A stretch of 64,000 bases of DNA. Source: an uncultured Flavobacteriaceae bacterium. GTDB taxonomy: Bacteria; Bacteroidota; Bacteroidia; NS11-12g; UBA955. The position numbers were made by a program, and so were the translations under genes. Below are positions 47,289-58,044 of this stretch, in pieces; within the stretch, counting starts at the first letter, position 1, and each line of letters opens with the position of its first letter. Below the pieces are notes generated by a model that was given only the letters and a program-made list of their open reading frames with translations, did not search any database and was not told the origin of the DNA. The stretch covers positions 7,683-71,682 of the forward strand of contig CAZVJY010000001.1 in assembly GCA_964626685.1 (NCBI GenBank). The letters are read 5' to 3'.

Positions 47289-48060
47289 GCGTTTTGATGG
47301 TTTTACGGTAACGCCAGATGAAAACAATCATACAAACGGAGAATACTGCGATAGCAATCGCCTGGCTGTGGCTGAGCATTCCGTTCAGCACAAATCCACG
47401 CTCCTCATCACCACGGTACTTCTCGGTGAAAAATCTGCCGATGGCATAAACCAATCCATAGATTAAGAAAAGCTGACCGTCAAACCATTTTTTTCTTTTC
47501 ATCCCTATCATCAGACCAATGGCAATAAACAGTATCATTGCATCCCACAGCTGGGTAGGATATAACGGCGTATTCAAAGGGGAGGCATGGCAATTGGGAT
47601 CGGTAAAAATTATTGAATTGGGACCATTGCTTACCTTTCCATGGCAACAGCCCGCCAAGAGACAACCCAGTTTCCCAAACGCATGCACCAGCGCCCCGGC
47701 GATACCTGCGTAATCAAAACCAACCCAGGGATCTATATTTTTTCTTTTAAACCAGAGAATTAGCACCGGGACAGTAGCCAGAAATGAGCCGTAAAAAACA
47801 AAGCCATTGCCAAATGACCTGAAAAGTTTTGCAGGTTCGTTCACATAGGCACCTGGATCTTCAAGCCAGTAAAATATTTTACCACCCACAATCACCGATG
47901 CAAAACACCATAGAAACATCTCACTTACTTCGTCAGATTTGAGGCCATGGTGTCTGAGATTAGCCAGCATGTATGCATAGCCAAGCATTACCCCGATAAA
48001 TATCATTAAACCATATCCCTGAACGGTAAATGGGCCCAGCGAAAAAATCTCGGGATACAT
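47278..48060 (-). CDS. lgt: Prolipoprotein diacylglyceryl transferase
   Basis: MYPEIFSLGPFTVQGYGLMIFIGVMLGYAY is the Lgt N-terminal signature. Multi-TM, 260 aa. Confidence 0.75.
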   Translation of the reverse strand: MYPEIFSLGPFTVQGYGLMIFIGVMLGYAYMLANLRHHGLKSDEVSEMFLWCFASVIVGGKIFYWLEDPGAYVNEPAKLFRSFGNGFVFYGSFLATVPVLILWFKRKNIDPWVGFDYAGIAGALVHAFGKLGCLLAGCCHGKVSNGPNSIIFTDPNCHASPLNTPLYPTQLWDAMILFIAIGLMIGMKRKKWFDGQLFLIYGLVYAIGRFFTEKYRGDEERGFVLNGMLSHSQAIAIAVFSVCMIVFIWRYRKTIKTHAV

Positions 48061-48084
48061 GAAACAAAGATAAAAAACAATGCC

Positions 48085-48483
48085 TTAAGCGGCAGTATGT
48101 GTGCGTATTTTTTCTGCAACAGACGTCAGTTCTTCCTGCGAAGGTTTGAGTTTGGGTCTGGTAAAATTGATATCCCCGATCTCATTCATGGGCACGAGGT
48201 GAATGTGTGCATGCGGCACTTCAAGCCCAATAACAGCTATCCCAATTCGTTTACAGGGAATAGCACTTTTCAGTCCTTTTGCCACTTGCTGCGCAAAAAC
48301 CCATAAGCCTTTGTATTCCTCTGAATCGAGATCAAAAATGTAATCTGTTTCTCTTTTAGGAATAACGAGTACATGTCCATGGACCAGTGGCATCACATCT
48401 AAAAATGCGAGAAAATTATCTGTTTCGGCCACCTTGTGACAGGGAATCTCTCCCGAAACGATGCGGCTGAAGATACTGGCCAT
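48085..48483 (-). CDS. HIT (histidine triad) family hydrolase
   Basis: MASIFSRIVSGEIP...HVLVIPK and the histidine triad HAHIHLVP. Confidence 0.8.
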   Translation of the reverse strand: MASIFSRIVSGEIPCHKVAETDNFLAFLDVMPLVHGHVLVIPKRETDYIFDLDSEEYKGLWVFAQQVAKGLKSAIPCKRIGIAVIGLEVPHAHIHLVPMNEIGDINFTRPKLKPSQEELTSVAEKIRTHTAA

Positions 48484-48486
48484 CGT

Positions 48487-48960
48487 TTACAGCGTAATAT
48501 CCAGAATTTCCAGTTTCACTTTTCCTGCCGGAACGCTTATCTCTACTACCTCACCTTTGGCTTTACCAAGCAAACCGGCGCCAATAGCACTCTTCACGCT
48601 GATCTTATTTTCTTTCAGATTCGCTTCTGTTTCACTCACCAGCTGATATACTGCTTCTTTACCTACATTGTGATTCATTACTTTCACCTTGCAAAGAATT
48701 GAAACCTTACTTGTATCAAGCTGAGAACTATCGATCACGCGAGCATTGGCTATCAGTGTTTCCATCTGTCTGATTTTATCTTCCAGATGTCCTTGTGCTT
48801 CCTTGGCAGCATCGTACTCCGCATTTTCACTAAGATCGCCTTTATCCCTTGCCTCAGCTATGGCCTGTGTTATACGGGTTCTTTCTTCTGTTTTCAGAAA
48901 GTGTAATTCCTGCCTGATTTTCTCAAGCCCTTCTTTGGTAAAATATTGAATCTCGCTCAT
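48487..48960 (-). CDS. greA: Transcription elongation factor GreA
   Basis: MSEIQYFTKEGLEKIRQELHFLK...SENAEYDAAKEAQ is the GreA N-terminal coiled coil, and a C-terminal FKBP-like domain is present. The start was set at MSEIQ. Confidence 0.85.
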   Translation of the reverse strand: MSEIQYFTKEGLEKIRQELHFLKTEERTRITQAIAEARDKGDLSENAEYDAAKEAQGHLEDKIRQMETLIANARVIDSSQLDTSKVSILCKVKVMNHNVGKEAVYQLVSETEANLKENKISVKSAIGAGLLGKAKGEVVEISVPAGKVKLEILDITL

Positions 48961-49043
48961 AGGTATGTTCTTAAAAAAAAGGTTGCACCCATGTTTTACA
49001 AAGGTGCAACACTGCAAAGTTAATAATAAATCCTGTTTTGTTC

Positions 49044-50159
49044 TTAGTCTTCTCCGCCGCCAAGTCCGATACGCAGTCCAAATGAATGGGTACCATTAAA
49101 AGGATTGGTAGCACGGTAGCTATAGTCCAAAGAAATAACGTTGGATTTTGATTTGATATCATAGCTCAAACCGCCGCAAAGTCCGGTAAAGGCACTGGTA
49201 CGGTTTTCCGCATCAAATGCTCCTTCCTGGTAAACAAATGCTGTTCTTACAGAAATGAAGTTCTTGTAAGAGTACTCAAGACCAAGGGTTGTTTGGTTGG
49301 TCGTAAATGCATGGTTGGTAAAGCCAAATCCAATAGTAAGCTTATTGTTATATGCATCAGCGTCTTTATCCAGCCTGATATCATAAGAACCACTGATGTT
49401 CAGCAGCGATGGAAGCTTGATTTTGTCCACTTTGGGCTGCATAGTTTTGGTAAAATCTCCGTTTGAGATAATAGCCTTATAGCTGAGACCATCCCCTTGG
49501 TGACGCATATCAGGTCCGATATTCTTCATAGAAACACCAAACTTAATATCATTCTGCTTAATCTTGTTGGCAGTTGGTCTAAGGGTGGTTGTGTACTGTA
49601 CTCCCGCATCCAGGCTCATGCCCATGGCTCTTGCATCGGGAATCCCTTCGTTGACAGCCCTCACAACCAAACCGGCTGAGATATTATTGCTGAATGATTT
49701 ACTGTAGGCAAGGCCGATGTTTGTCATGTTCACGCGGTATGTACCTATTCCACCATAGGGATTGCTTTCGGTTGTGATTTCAATCGGTTTGATACCAAAC
49801 TGCATTACGCTAACACCAAATGTGCCCTTGTCGCCGTCTTCACCCATTTTTTGGCTGAAACCAAAGTTATTGATAGCGATACCGGAACCTACCAGCCACT
49901 GGGTTCTGTGAAAGGCGAGTTCGGTTCTGCTTGCACTGCGATCTAGGCCGGCTGCGTTCATATACATGGCTTCTACGCCACTCACACCGCCACCGTTGGC
50001 CCAACCCCAGCCGCTGCTACGAGCCCAACCATTTATGGTTAGTTGCATGGCTCCTGCCTGACCCTGACGCTCAGGATTTCCTGCACGCAGGGCAGAAAAA
50101 CCTGCCAGCATGCTTATGGTTATTACTGCTATATATTTAGTTTTCACTGTGTTTTTCAT
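49044..50159 (-). CDS. FadL/OmpP1-like outer-membrane beta-barrel, possibly T9SS PorV (LptO)
   Basis: Signal peptide, Gly/aromatic-rich beta strands and a C-terminal GLRIGLGGGED. Its size (371 aa) and position directly downstream of a ~1300-aa CTD-bearing protein match the conserved porU-porV gene pair. Confidence 0.4.
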   Translation of the reverse strand: MKNTVKTKYIAVITISMLAGFSALRAGNPERQGQAGAMQLTINGWARSSGWGWANGGGVSGVEAMYMNAAGLDRSASRTELAFHRTQWLVGSGIAINNFGFSQKMGEDGDKGTFGVSVMQFGIKPIEITTESNPYGGIGTYRVNMTNIGLAYSKSFSNNISAGLVVRAVNEGIPDARAMGMSLDAGVQYTTTLRPTANKIKQNDIKFGVSMKNIGPDMRHQGDGLSYKAIISNGDFTKTMQPKVDKIKLPSLLNISGSYDIRLDKDADAYNNKLTIGFGFTNHAFTTNQTTLGLEYSYKNFISVRTAFVYQEGAFDAENRTSAFTGLCGGLSYDIKSKSNVISLDYSYRATNPFNGTHSFGLRIGLGGGED

Positions 50160-50165
50160 TTAAGT

Positions 50166-53100
50166 TTAGTAAGTATCCAGGTCTATGGCGTGCATAATAC
50201 CATACCAGCGGACAATTTTCTCTCCAAGGCCGGGTGCTTTTACATGAATCAGATATAGACCACTGGCAATGGGCACATTGCTGCCATTCTTCAAATCCCA
50301 TTCGAAGTAGGTCTTTTCATCAGCCTTGTTGATTTTGCGGATAAAATTACCGGCCATATCATATATTGTGATGGTACAGGTTGGAGGCAGGTTGGTAATT
50401 TTCACCCTGGTGTCGATGGGGCTGTTTTCGTATTCGCTGTAGGCCCTGTATGGGTTTGGAACCACATTAACCAAATCCAGGCTCTTTTTACCTACCTCTT
50501 TGCTAATAGTAGGTGCAATATCAGCCGCATCAAAGGTGTACATTGGTCTGCTATTATTCAGTGTGCTTCCGGTATTGAAAGTTGTGTAAGCCTTCTGGAT
50601 ATTGATTTTGAATTTCACATCGGTTGGCGGCACACCATTGGTCATGCTGTAACCCGGAGCCATGTATGTAGGGATAACCCACATTGCCTGGCTTAGGAAA
50701 CGGCGCTTTTCCAATGTTCCGGTAGGCACGTTTGCAAGACCTGTGCGGAAGCGGTTGAAATTGCCATCGTCTTCACCATAGTAACGTTCACCTTTGATTG
50801 CACGGTTGGTCATGGACAAACCTGTTCCGAACACGTATATGAAGTGCTTGCCACCCAAGGCAGGATAGTTACCATTATCATTGAATAACTGATCCGTTGG
50901 GTTCCAAATCATATCACGGCCATTTTCACCTGCCAGATAGCTGTCCTCGCTGAATGCAATGTTAAGACGCTCGCCTGTTTCCATGTTAATGGCATATCCG
51001 GGGAACCAGCTGAGTCCGGTGCTTCCTGACTGGGGATTCAGGTTGCGGTCGCGGGAAGTACCGGCACGCATTGAGAACTTGTAAATAGACCCTTCATTGC
51101 TATTTCTTACTTCGTCATCAGACATTTCAAGTACAGCACAACGGGTCCACTTGCTTCTGTCCTTGGTTATAACCAGTTCGATGCTGGCAATTTCAGACAT
51201 TGGGTTATCCGTGCTACCGCTGCTTGCCCAGGCAAAACCATAGGTATTGCGGCCGTTGCTCGGGTTGAATGCGGTACGGGCTGCGAGAGCGTAAGGAGCT
51301 ATACGACCGTTCCAAATTCTTTCATAAGCCTGACCCGGATCCAGTGGGTTTCCACTGGCATCGGTGAAGTCATGCAGATGACCATCGAATGTTGAACCGC
51401 GACCATTGGTTCCAGAACGAATCCAGTTTTGCCAGAGTGCACCGCTGGTGGCAGTACTTTGCGCGTCGTTATCCGTCACGGCAGTAAGCCATTGTTTGCC
51501 ATTATCTTCCCATTCAACAGACCATGAAACCATGCTGTTAGAAGGATCCGCTTCTGCATTTTCACCCGGATTTTTTACCTGATTAATCTCGACACTGAGG
51601 CCCCAATCGGCAAGGGTTACTCCGGGATTGGCGTTATTGAAACTACGACGATTCCCTTTATTGACAGCAATTTCAAATCGACGACCTTGCAACGATTCAA
51701 ACTTTGTTGCAATGGTTGTATCGCCTGCGATGGTGTCACCGGTAGTTTTGTTTACCAGCACCCAGTATGCATTGGCCGTCATTGAATCGCGGAGCAGTGT
51801 TCCGTTGGAAGCGCTGCGCTCCTTGAAGAACAACTCGAATTTAGCATTGGGAACCTTCAGTGGATCTACCACTTTTACAGTTACGGGTCCCATTCCACCC
51901 ATGTAAGTTGGATTGTTGCTGATTCCGTTATTCAAAATCTCATTGATTGTTTCTTTGGTAAACTCCAGCACATTGCCACCGTTTCCGCGTCCTTCAATTC
52001 TGGTAAGTTTAGGACCGCTGCCATAGCTGCTGTTAAGAGCAGTACCAAAGTTCTCAGGCTCGGTTTTGTGAGGAACTGCCCTGTAAACCCTGATATTTCT
52101 GCGACCTGCCAGGAACTGATTAGGATCAACCTGCAGGGGATCATCCGAAATGATTGCATAGGAAAGTACCAGATAATAATAGGGTTTGAAGTCTACAAGA
52201 TCTGTATTGGAACCGGTAGCAAACAAATCCGTTTTGATGCTGAAGCTATGCTGCACACCTTTATCGGCACCATCTACCTTTTCTACAGGAATTAGCGTTG
52301 CGAGCTTGGGATCAAACACTTTATTTATAATTTGTGCTCTGTTGTTTTTCATATCACACTGGAACAACAGACGGGCCTTATCAATATTTTCGAGATCACC
52401 GGTATTAACGGTTCCGTCTTTTAATTGATAAATCATGTATCCCTCAAATTTGTATGTTTTGGTTTGGTTATTGGCATCCTTGTACGTTTCCTGGTATGCT
52501 TCAACTTTGTCAGAACCGGTATTCAACAGTTTCATTACCAGTTGCTGGTTAAGTTCCTGAATTTCCACATCGGGAGCATTTGGTCCATCAAGAATTTTAA
52601 AGTTGTTGTTAAACAATGTCTGTGCCTTGTCTGAAGCAAGTTTTAGCAGATTCAGAGAACCCAGGGCACCGCCGCTGGTTGTTCTTGCCCAAACCACGCC
52701 TACAGTTATGCGCTGCACCTGACCTCTTTTCAATTCGAAAGGTCCTGTGCTTTGAATGAAACGACGGTCACCAGGTTTGTTTCCGCTTGATTTTTCAGTC
52801 CAGCTGCTTCCCAGGTAATCCGGATCGGTATCATCGGGGAACATATATTTGGCAGGTTGGCTGCCACCAAAACCGGTTCCGCCTCTGGTTACGGTCTGAC
52901 CACCAAGCCACTTACCCTGCAGCAGGTTATAAAACTCAGGGGCGAGATCCGGGTTACCGCGAATGGGGTCATTATCATTATTATAGTACATAAAGTGACT
53001 GAGGCCCATTTGTTTACCTGCAGTGTCGGTTGGTCCTTCAAAGTAATCCACACCGATAGTAGGAGGATTTAATCCATAACCCAATACACCTTCATCGTCA

Positions 53101-54077
53101 TCATCACCGTTGTAGCAATAGCCAAGGCTTCTGTTTACGTCACAACCAACATAATCATCTGCATAGTTACCCAAATCGGCATCTACCCACTGACCCATGT
53201 AGCAGTCATTCAGGGTTGTGAAACCGCGGTTGATAATTTTGGTTGTGTAAAAGGTCATGTTATTTACTTCATCGTTGGTAGCAAAAGCAAAACCGGTTGT
53301 CTGACACTCTACACCAATTGGCTGGCCCTGGGTTTCCGAGTGAATATTACCACGGTCATTGAACACCCACCATATAAACATATCTGGCTGCCTGTCAACT
53401 CCATTTTCGCTTGCAGGGCGTCTTTCATCCAGCACAGGATGCTCACCCAGATCCGGTTCATAAACACCGTCATTGTCAATATCCTTGAATGGGGCCAGGT
53501 AACGGGCTTCATTTCCGGTCTTGGTTGCACGGTCTCTGCCGGCTGGCCACTCACGTATATCATTGGTCTGAGATATGAACTTGCTCTCTTCGAACTGTTC
53601 CAGGTCATCGCGGGTAACCTTCCACATACGGTTGTAGTTTTTACAACGCACGGGATCTGTTGCCGCAGTTGTTGTATCCAGTGGGCCAGGCCAGAAATCT
53701 GAACCGCGCTGACGGTACGTCATTGCAGCTAGTTTAAGGCTTCCGCCGTTATCCCTGCCACCAATCCATATGGCACCTGAAAACAAGGAATGTTTACGCA
53801 CTGCATTGGGATCGGTAACCTTGGGTATTTCATACTTGGGGTTATTTAAATCCCACCACATATCACCGCCATTGAGCAGCTTGGTTCTTACGTTATTTAT
53901 ATCAAGGTCAGCGCTCGTTGAAGCCGGCTCGCAGGTATTTGCGAACATAATGAGGCGCTGGTCGTTGTTTTGTGTAGGACGAATCCTGGAGGTTCCTACC
54001 ACGGGTCTGGCATCAACAGCCGCAGACAACAGGGCGGTCGCTAAGAACAAAACACTTTTCAATTGCTTGGTTTTCAT
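50166..54077 (-). CDS. Large secreted protein with a T9SS type-A C-terminal sorting domain, possibly T9SS sortase PorU
   Basis: Signal peptide MKTKQLKSVLFLATALLSAAV. The C-terminus TITIYDMAGNFIRKINKADEKTYFEWDLKNGSNVPIASGLYLIHVKA is Por_Secre_tail-like. 1303 aa, 7 bp upstream of the beta-barrel gene. Confidence 0.4.
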   Translation of the reverse strand: MKTKQLKSVLFLATALLSAAVDARPVVGTSRIRPTQNNDQRLIMFANTCEPASTSADLDINNVRTKLLNGGDMWWDLNNPKYEIPKVTDPNAVRKHSLFSGAIWIGGRDNGGSLKLAAMTYRQRGSDFWPGPLDTTTAATDPVRCKNYNRMWKVTRDDLEQFEESKFISQTNDIREWPAGRDRATKTGNEARYLAPFKDIDNDGVYEPDLGEHPVLDERRPASENGVDRQPDMFIWWVFNDRGNIHSETQGQPIGVECQTTGFAFATNDEVNNMTFYTTKIINRGFTTLNDCYMGQWVDADLGNYADDYVGCDVNRSLGYCYNGDDDDEGVLGYGLNPPTIGVDYFEGPTDTAGKQMGLSHFMYYNNDNDPIRGNPDLAPEFYNLLQGKWLGGQTVTRGGTGFGGSQPAKYMFPDDTDPDYLGSSWTEKSSGNKPGDRRFIQSTGPFELKRGQVQRITVGVVWARTTSGGALGSLNLLKLASDKAQTLFNNNFKILDGPNAPDVEIQELNQQLVMKLLNTGSDKVEAYQETYKDANNQTKTYKFEGYMIYQLKDGTVNTGDLENIDKARLLFQCDMKNNRAQIINKVFDPKLATLIPVEKVDGADKGVQHSFSIKTDLFATGSNTDLVDFKPYYYLVLSYAIISDDPLQVDPNQFLAGRRNIRVYRAVPHKTEPENFGTALNSSYGSGPKLTRIEGRGNGGNVLEFTKETINEILNNGISNNPTYMGGMGPVTVKVVDPLKVPNAKFELFFKERSASNGTLLRDSMTANAYWVLVNKTTGDTIAGDTTIATKFESLQGRRFEIAVNKGNRRSFNNANPGVTLADWGLSVEINQVKNPGENAEADPSNSMVSWSVEWEDNGKQWLTAVTDNDAQSTATSGALWQNWIRSGTNGRGSTFDGHLHDFTDASGNPLDPGQAYERIWNGRIAPYALAARTAFNPSNGRNTYGFAWASSGSTDNPMSEIASIELVITKDRSKWTRCAVLEMSDDEVRNSNEGSIYKFSMRAGTSRDRNLNPQSGSTGLSWFPGYAINMETGERLNIAFSEDSYLAGENGRDMIWNPTDQLFNDNGNYPALGGKHFIYVFGTGLSMTNRAIKGERYYGEDDGNFNRFRTGLANVPTGTLEKRRFLSQAMWVIPTYMAPGYSMTNGVPPTDVKFKINIQKAYTTFNTGSTLNNSRPMYTFDAADIAPTISKEVGKKSLDLVNVVPNPYRAYSEYENSPIDTRVKITNLPPTCTITIYDMAGNFIRKINKADEKTYFEWDLKNGSNVPIASGLYLIHVKAPGLGEKIVRWYGIMHAIDLDTY

Positions 54078-54103
54078 TTATTTTCTGTAATTGAAGTAAA
54101 ACA

Positions 54104-57100
54104 TTAATTAAAATTCATACGTATACCTAAACGGGCATTTCTGGGGGCACCAAAATTACCGGTTTGTGAATTCAAGAGGATTTTGTAAAGATCGGTGTAG
54201 CTCTGTGCATCAATCTGGTTGCGCACAAGCAGCTGACCGGCCTGAGAGTTAAGGAATCCGTCATCCATAGGCTGACCGGTGAAGGGGAACACACCCACAA
54301 CGTTTCTGGTGTTGAGTATGTTCTGCACCCACAGGAAGACATTCAACTGCAAAGGATTGTCTTTCCCGGAGCGTTTCAGGCTGAAACCTTTGGTAATATT
54401 GATATCAATGGTTTGCTGCCATGGCAAACGGGCACCAAAAGGAACACCTTTAATCTGAGCCCTGTCAACCGCACCAATCTGAACAGGACGGGTTGTTGGG
54501 GTGTAAGGAGCGCCGCTGTAAGCGTTGGCAATGATATTGAAGCTGGTAAACTTGAAGATCTCTTTTCCGCCTACAATGGGTCCGGTGTAAAGGTTCTTCT
54601 TGGTTTTAAAGTCTTTACCTCCACCCCAAGCCCAGGTTGCTGATAACTTCACGTTGTGACGAATGTCCAGTTCACCGAGCGGAATTACATTTCTGAGGTT
54701 AGGCTGGTTGCTGGCAATCAGTGCAGCCTGCGAGTTGATATTAGAACCGGTACCGTCTGCAAACTGCATCATGTAGCTGGCGAGCAGGCTCAACGGACCT
54801 ATTTCTTCCATAACGAATGTTCCGCGGAATCCGGTGATGGTTGCGAAATCGATATTACGGAAAGTAGTGTAGGTAACAGGGAAACCTTGCGCAATCTGGT
54901 AAAGACCAAAGTCGCGGCGAATTTCTGAATAAGAAGCAGCCATTTCAAGACCTTTGTTCTTTTTACGTCCAAACAGTTGTTTGTAACCTACTTCGTAGTC
55001 GGTTTTCACACGGCTCTTCAGATCACCGTTTGAAATGGTGGCACCTTGACGGTTTTTGAGGTAATACAATTCATCAATGGTGAGGAATGATGCACCGCTG
55101 TTAGGTCTTTGTGCCAGCACGTCATAGCTCACATAGAATGTTTTGCGACCGGGTTCCAGCGGGAAGCTAAACCAAATACGGGGCAGGAAATTCAGGGCCG
55201 GGGTAAAGTCACGAAGAGCTTCTTTACCCAGCACGAGGCTATCGGTATTGGTAGCTACTAGATAAGGAGCAATACGGCCGTTTGAAGTCTGGTTCGCCAG
55301 GAATTCAGGGTTGCGCTGTTCGCTTCCGTCGGCATTATACCAGCGGTCTCCGTTGCGATAACCCACAATTTTGGTAGGGGATTTCAGGTCATTTACATAA
55401 ACGGCATAGTTGCTGCCAATATTGCCAGGGTGGTTTACATCCAGACCATTGATCTGCTTAACTTCAGCAGCCGTGCGAATAGGGTGCAGGGTGTAAGGAT
55501 CTTTCAGCACAAACTGGTTTGCATCGTAGCTCTCCATACGCAGACCCAAACGGAATACCAGATCCTTGAACTGGAACTGATCCTGTATCCAGGCAGCCAT
55601 ATAAACAGGCCTGAAGGCACCGATGGTGCGCATGGTTGGATTGTTAAGAAACTCTTCGATAGCAGGCTTTCTGAATACTTTGTTACCCATGTGGTCGTAA
55701 CCAAAATAGTTAACCACTCCATTACCATTGTTAAGCAACTCATCGGCTGTAAACATGTCAATAGAGAAGTCTCCGGGTTTGTAGCTGTTTATGTCTACAA
55801 AAGTGCGCTCATCCACTGAGTTGCCGTACACGTCGCGGGCTCCCTGCGAAATCAGTTTGTTTCGGAAAGAGCGGTCAAAATTGCTTTGGTCTGCAACGTT
55901 AACCAGACGATTGTAGCGAACCGTGTCGGTAAATATACCATTGGCATCATAGCTCAATATAGGATTGTTGCGGTCCAGTTCAGAGATATGGCGGTTCATC
56001 AGCTGGCCCATCAGGATCCAAAGACCATTGGCACTAAGGCCATAGCCGCGTGAAATCTGCTGTTCGTAGTAGATACCGGCCTGAAGGTCATGTGGAGTGC
56101 GTTCACGGCCACCTACAGTTTTGGGTTTAACCTGCATCTGTCCAATCGCAAACAGCGAGAAACGCTGGGACTGGTTTTTATTGTAGCCGCTGGTAATTCC
56201 ACCCGGAGTGCCCCATAGAGAATAAATGTTGTTGGGATTAAAACCGTTCATCAAACCCTGGCTCTGAATCACCTGAGAGGAATTTCTCACGCTAAAACCG
56301 CGGCTTGCATAATAATCATAAACATTTTGGGTATAGCGAGCCCTTACAGGGTTAAGATTACTGGGGGTAAATGTCATCAAAGTATCTGAATAGCCCACAA
56401 GCTCCCAGTAGTTTCTCAGCTGTACTGTGTTGCCAAACTGATCTGTAACTGTGCGAGGTTCTTTGTTTGGATTTTGCTGCTGGTCGTAATTCGAGAATTG
56501 ATAAACGGGCATTGGGTATGACTGGAACGTTCCCACATACCCATAATCGAAGATATTGTCCAGGTGGTTGGCATCGCGGCCCATACCTGATGCATCCTGA
56601 TATTCAAGACGGGCGGTGTAAAAGGCACTCTTGATGCTGCTGTTTTTGTCTACCTTAAAGTTTTGGGTAAACTGCAGGTAACTTCTGAAAGTAGTATTGT
56701 CTGAACGTGCGTTGTTCTTATAGTTCATAACAGAGTTGCTGGCAGCAAGACCCTGGCTGTAGAAATACGAAGCGTAACCCGTTACAGTTACCTGATTGTT
56801 GGGGCGGAATTCAAGCTTACCGATGAAGTTACCTTGATATAAAGGAGAATTGGGACGGGCTTTCAGACGTTCAAAATCGCTTTCGCGCAGGTAAGAACCG
56901 CGGTGTATGAAGCCACTGGGGGTCATCATCAGTGGATTTTCCTCCAGCTCGCGGAGTTTATCTTCCTTCACGACGTATACACCGGTGCGTGTAGGTGCTG
57001 GATCCTTGAAATACCCGAGGTTACCGTTCAGAACAAAACCCAATTTCACGAGTTCTTTGGTGGTACCTGTTTCGTCCTTGTATTTCTTTTTCCAAAGTGG

Positions 57101-57856
57101 ACCCGACACAAAACCTTCCAGTGTATTATATCCGAAAGGATCAAGTCCCTGAGAAGTAATTCCTTCAACTGCTGTAACCAATTTGGCTGTAGCACCGCGC
57201 GAGGTATAGCTGAAAGCACCACCGGTAAGGTCACCGTACATGGCAGGAATACCGCCAATGTTGGCAGCAATCGCATCTGTTCCGAGTGTGGGCAATGCAC
57301 CTGAACCAATCACACGCATACCATCAATAAATGTTCCGTTACCATCGGCACGTGTACCCCTTACGGATACACCCTGGGTAGTAGCAACAACAGCAGCGTT
57401 GGTAGAGATTACCGCATTCAGACCACGCTGACTGCCTTGCAGCAGTTGCTTGTTGGATACGGAACGCTCGTTTTTGATGAGATCTACCGGAGATTTCTTG
57501 GCAACACCGGTAATTACGAGTGTTCCCATTCCCTGGGTAAGAGATACATCCTGCTGTGGGTTAAGACCTACAGAGAGAGGTATCTCGAGTTTAACCGGGT
57601 TGTAGCCGCCCTTTTCCACTTCCATTTCGTAGGTTCCGGGATCCAGGGTCTGGAATACACAATAACCATCGCTGTCTGTGGTGTCGGTTTTTACCAAAAT
57701 GTCATTTTTGGACATTTTGATAATGGCACCTGAAACAGACGCCCCTTTAAAAGTCACTTTAACACGGAAGTCAGCAAAACTGGTTTGTGCTTTGGCCGCC
57801 GCCGCGCTGAGACTGAGGATGGTTACAAAAAGAAACTTAAGTATAGTTCTGTTCAT
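54104..57856 (-). CDS. TonB-dependent-receptor-like outer-membrane protein with an N-terminal carboxypeptidase-regulatory-like domain
   Basis: The start was set at MNRTILKFLFVTILSLSAAAAKAQ (signal). VKVTFKGASVSGAIIKMSKNDILVKTDTTDSDGYCVF is CarbopepD_reg-like, and FIDGMRVIGSG is plug-like. It has a long beta-barrel and a C-terminal aromatic residue. Confidence 0.5.
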   Translation of the reverse strand: MNRTILKFLFVTILSLSAAAAKAQTSFADFRVKVTFKGASVSGAIIKMSKNDILVKTDTTDSDGYCVFQTLDPGTYEMEVEKGGYNPVKLEIPLSVGLNPQQDVSLTQGMGTLVITGVAKKSPVDLIKNERSVSNKQLLQGSQRGLNAVISTNAAVVATTQGVSVRGTRADGNGTFIDGMRVIGSGALPTLGTDAIAANIGGIPAMYGDLTGGAFSYTSRGATAKLVTAVEGITSQGLDPFGYNTLEGFVSGPLWKKKYKDETGTTKELVKLGFVLNGNLGYFKDPAPTRTGVYVVKEDKLRELEENPLMMTPSGFIHRGSYLRESDFERLKARPNSPLYQGNFIGKLEFRPNNQVTVTGYASYFYSQGLAASNSVMNYKNNARSDNTTFRSYLQFTQNFKVDKNSSIKSAFYTARLEYQDASGMGRDANHLDNIFDYGYVGTFQSYPMPVYQFSNYDQQQNPNKEPRTVTDQFGNTVQLRNYWELVGYSDTLMTFTPSNLNPVRARYTQNVYDYYASRGFSVRNSSQVIQSQGLMNGFNPNNIYSLWGTPGGITSGYNKNQSQRFSLFAIGQMQVKPKTVGGRERTPHDLQAGIYYEQQISRGYGLSANGLWILMGQLMNRHISELDRNNPILSYDANGIFTDTVRYNRLVNVADQSNFDRSFRNKLISQGARDVYGNSVDERTFVDINSYKPGDFSIDMFTADELLNNGNGVVNYFGYDHMGNKVFRKPAIEEFLNNPTMRTIGAFRPVYMAAWIQDQFQFKDLVFRLGLRMESYDANQFVLKDPYTLHPIRTAAEVKQINGLDVNHPGNIGSNYAVYVNDLKSPTKIVGYRNGDRWYNADGSEQRNPEFLANQTSNGRIAPYLVATNTDSLVLGKEALRDFTPALNFLPRIWFSFPLEPGRKTFYVSYDVLAQRPNSGASFLTIDELYYLKNRQGATISNGDLKSRVKTDYEVGYKQLFGRKKNKGLEMAASYSEIRRDFGLYQIAQGFPVTYTTFRNIDFATITGFRGTFVMEEIGPLSLLASYMMQFADGTGSNINSQAALIASNQPNLRNVIPLGELDIRHNVKLSATWAWGGGKDFKTKKNLYTGPIVGGKEIFKFTSFNIIANAYSGAPYTPTTRPVQIGAVDRAQIKGVPFGARLPWQQTIDINITKGFSLKRSGKDNPLQLNVFLWVQNILNTRNVVGVFPFTGQPMDDGFLNSQAGQLLVRNQIDAQSYTDLYKILLNSQTGNFGAPRNARLGIRMNFN

Positions 57857-58044
57857 ATGTCTTTTTCGTTTGGTCGATGAAACCGGGCTTTTTATCCGGA
57901 GTTTCGTTTGCAAGTTTACCCAAAAAACAACGATTAAACAAACCAATAAATCAAGGTTGCCAAAACCTGCTTTTTTTATGACAAAAAGATTGATATACAG
58001 GCCTAAAGCAACAATGCTATGACAAAACAATATGTCCCTTGACT

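Noticed and set aside
51628-57733. Small ORFs on the + strand
   Set aside because: They are antisense or out of frame within the 1303-aa and 1251-aa outer-membrane/T9SS genes on the minus strand, with no independent support.
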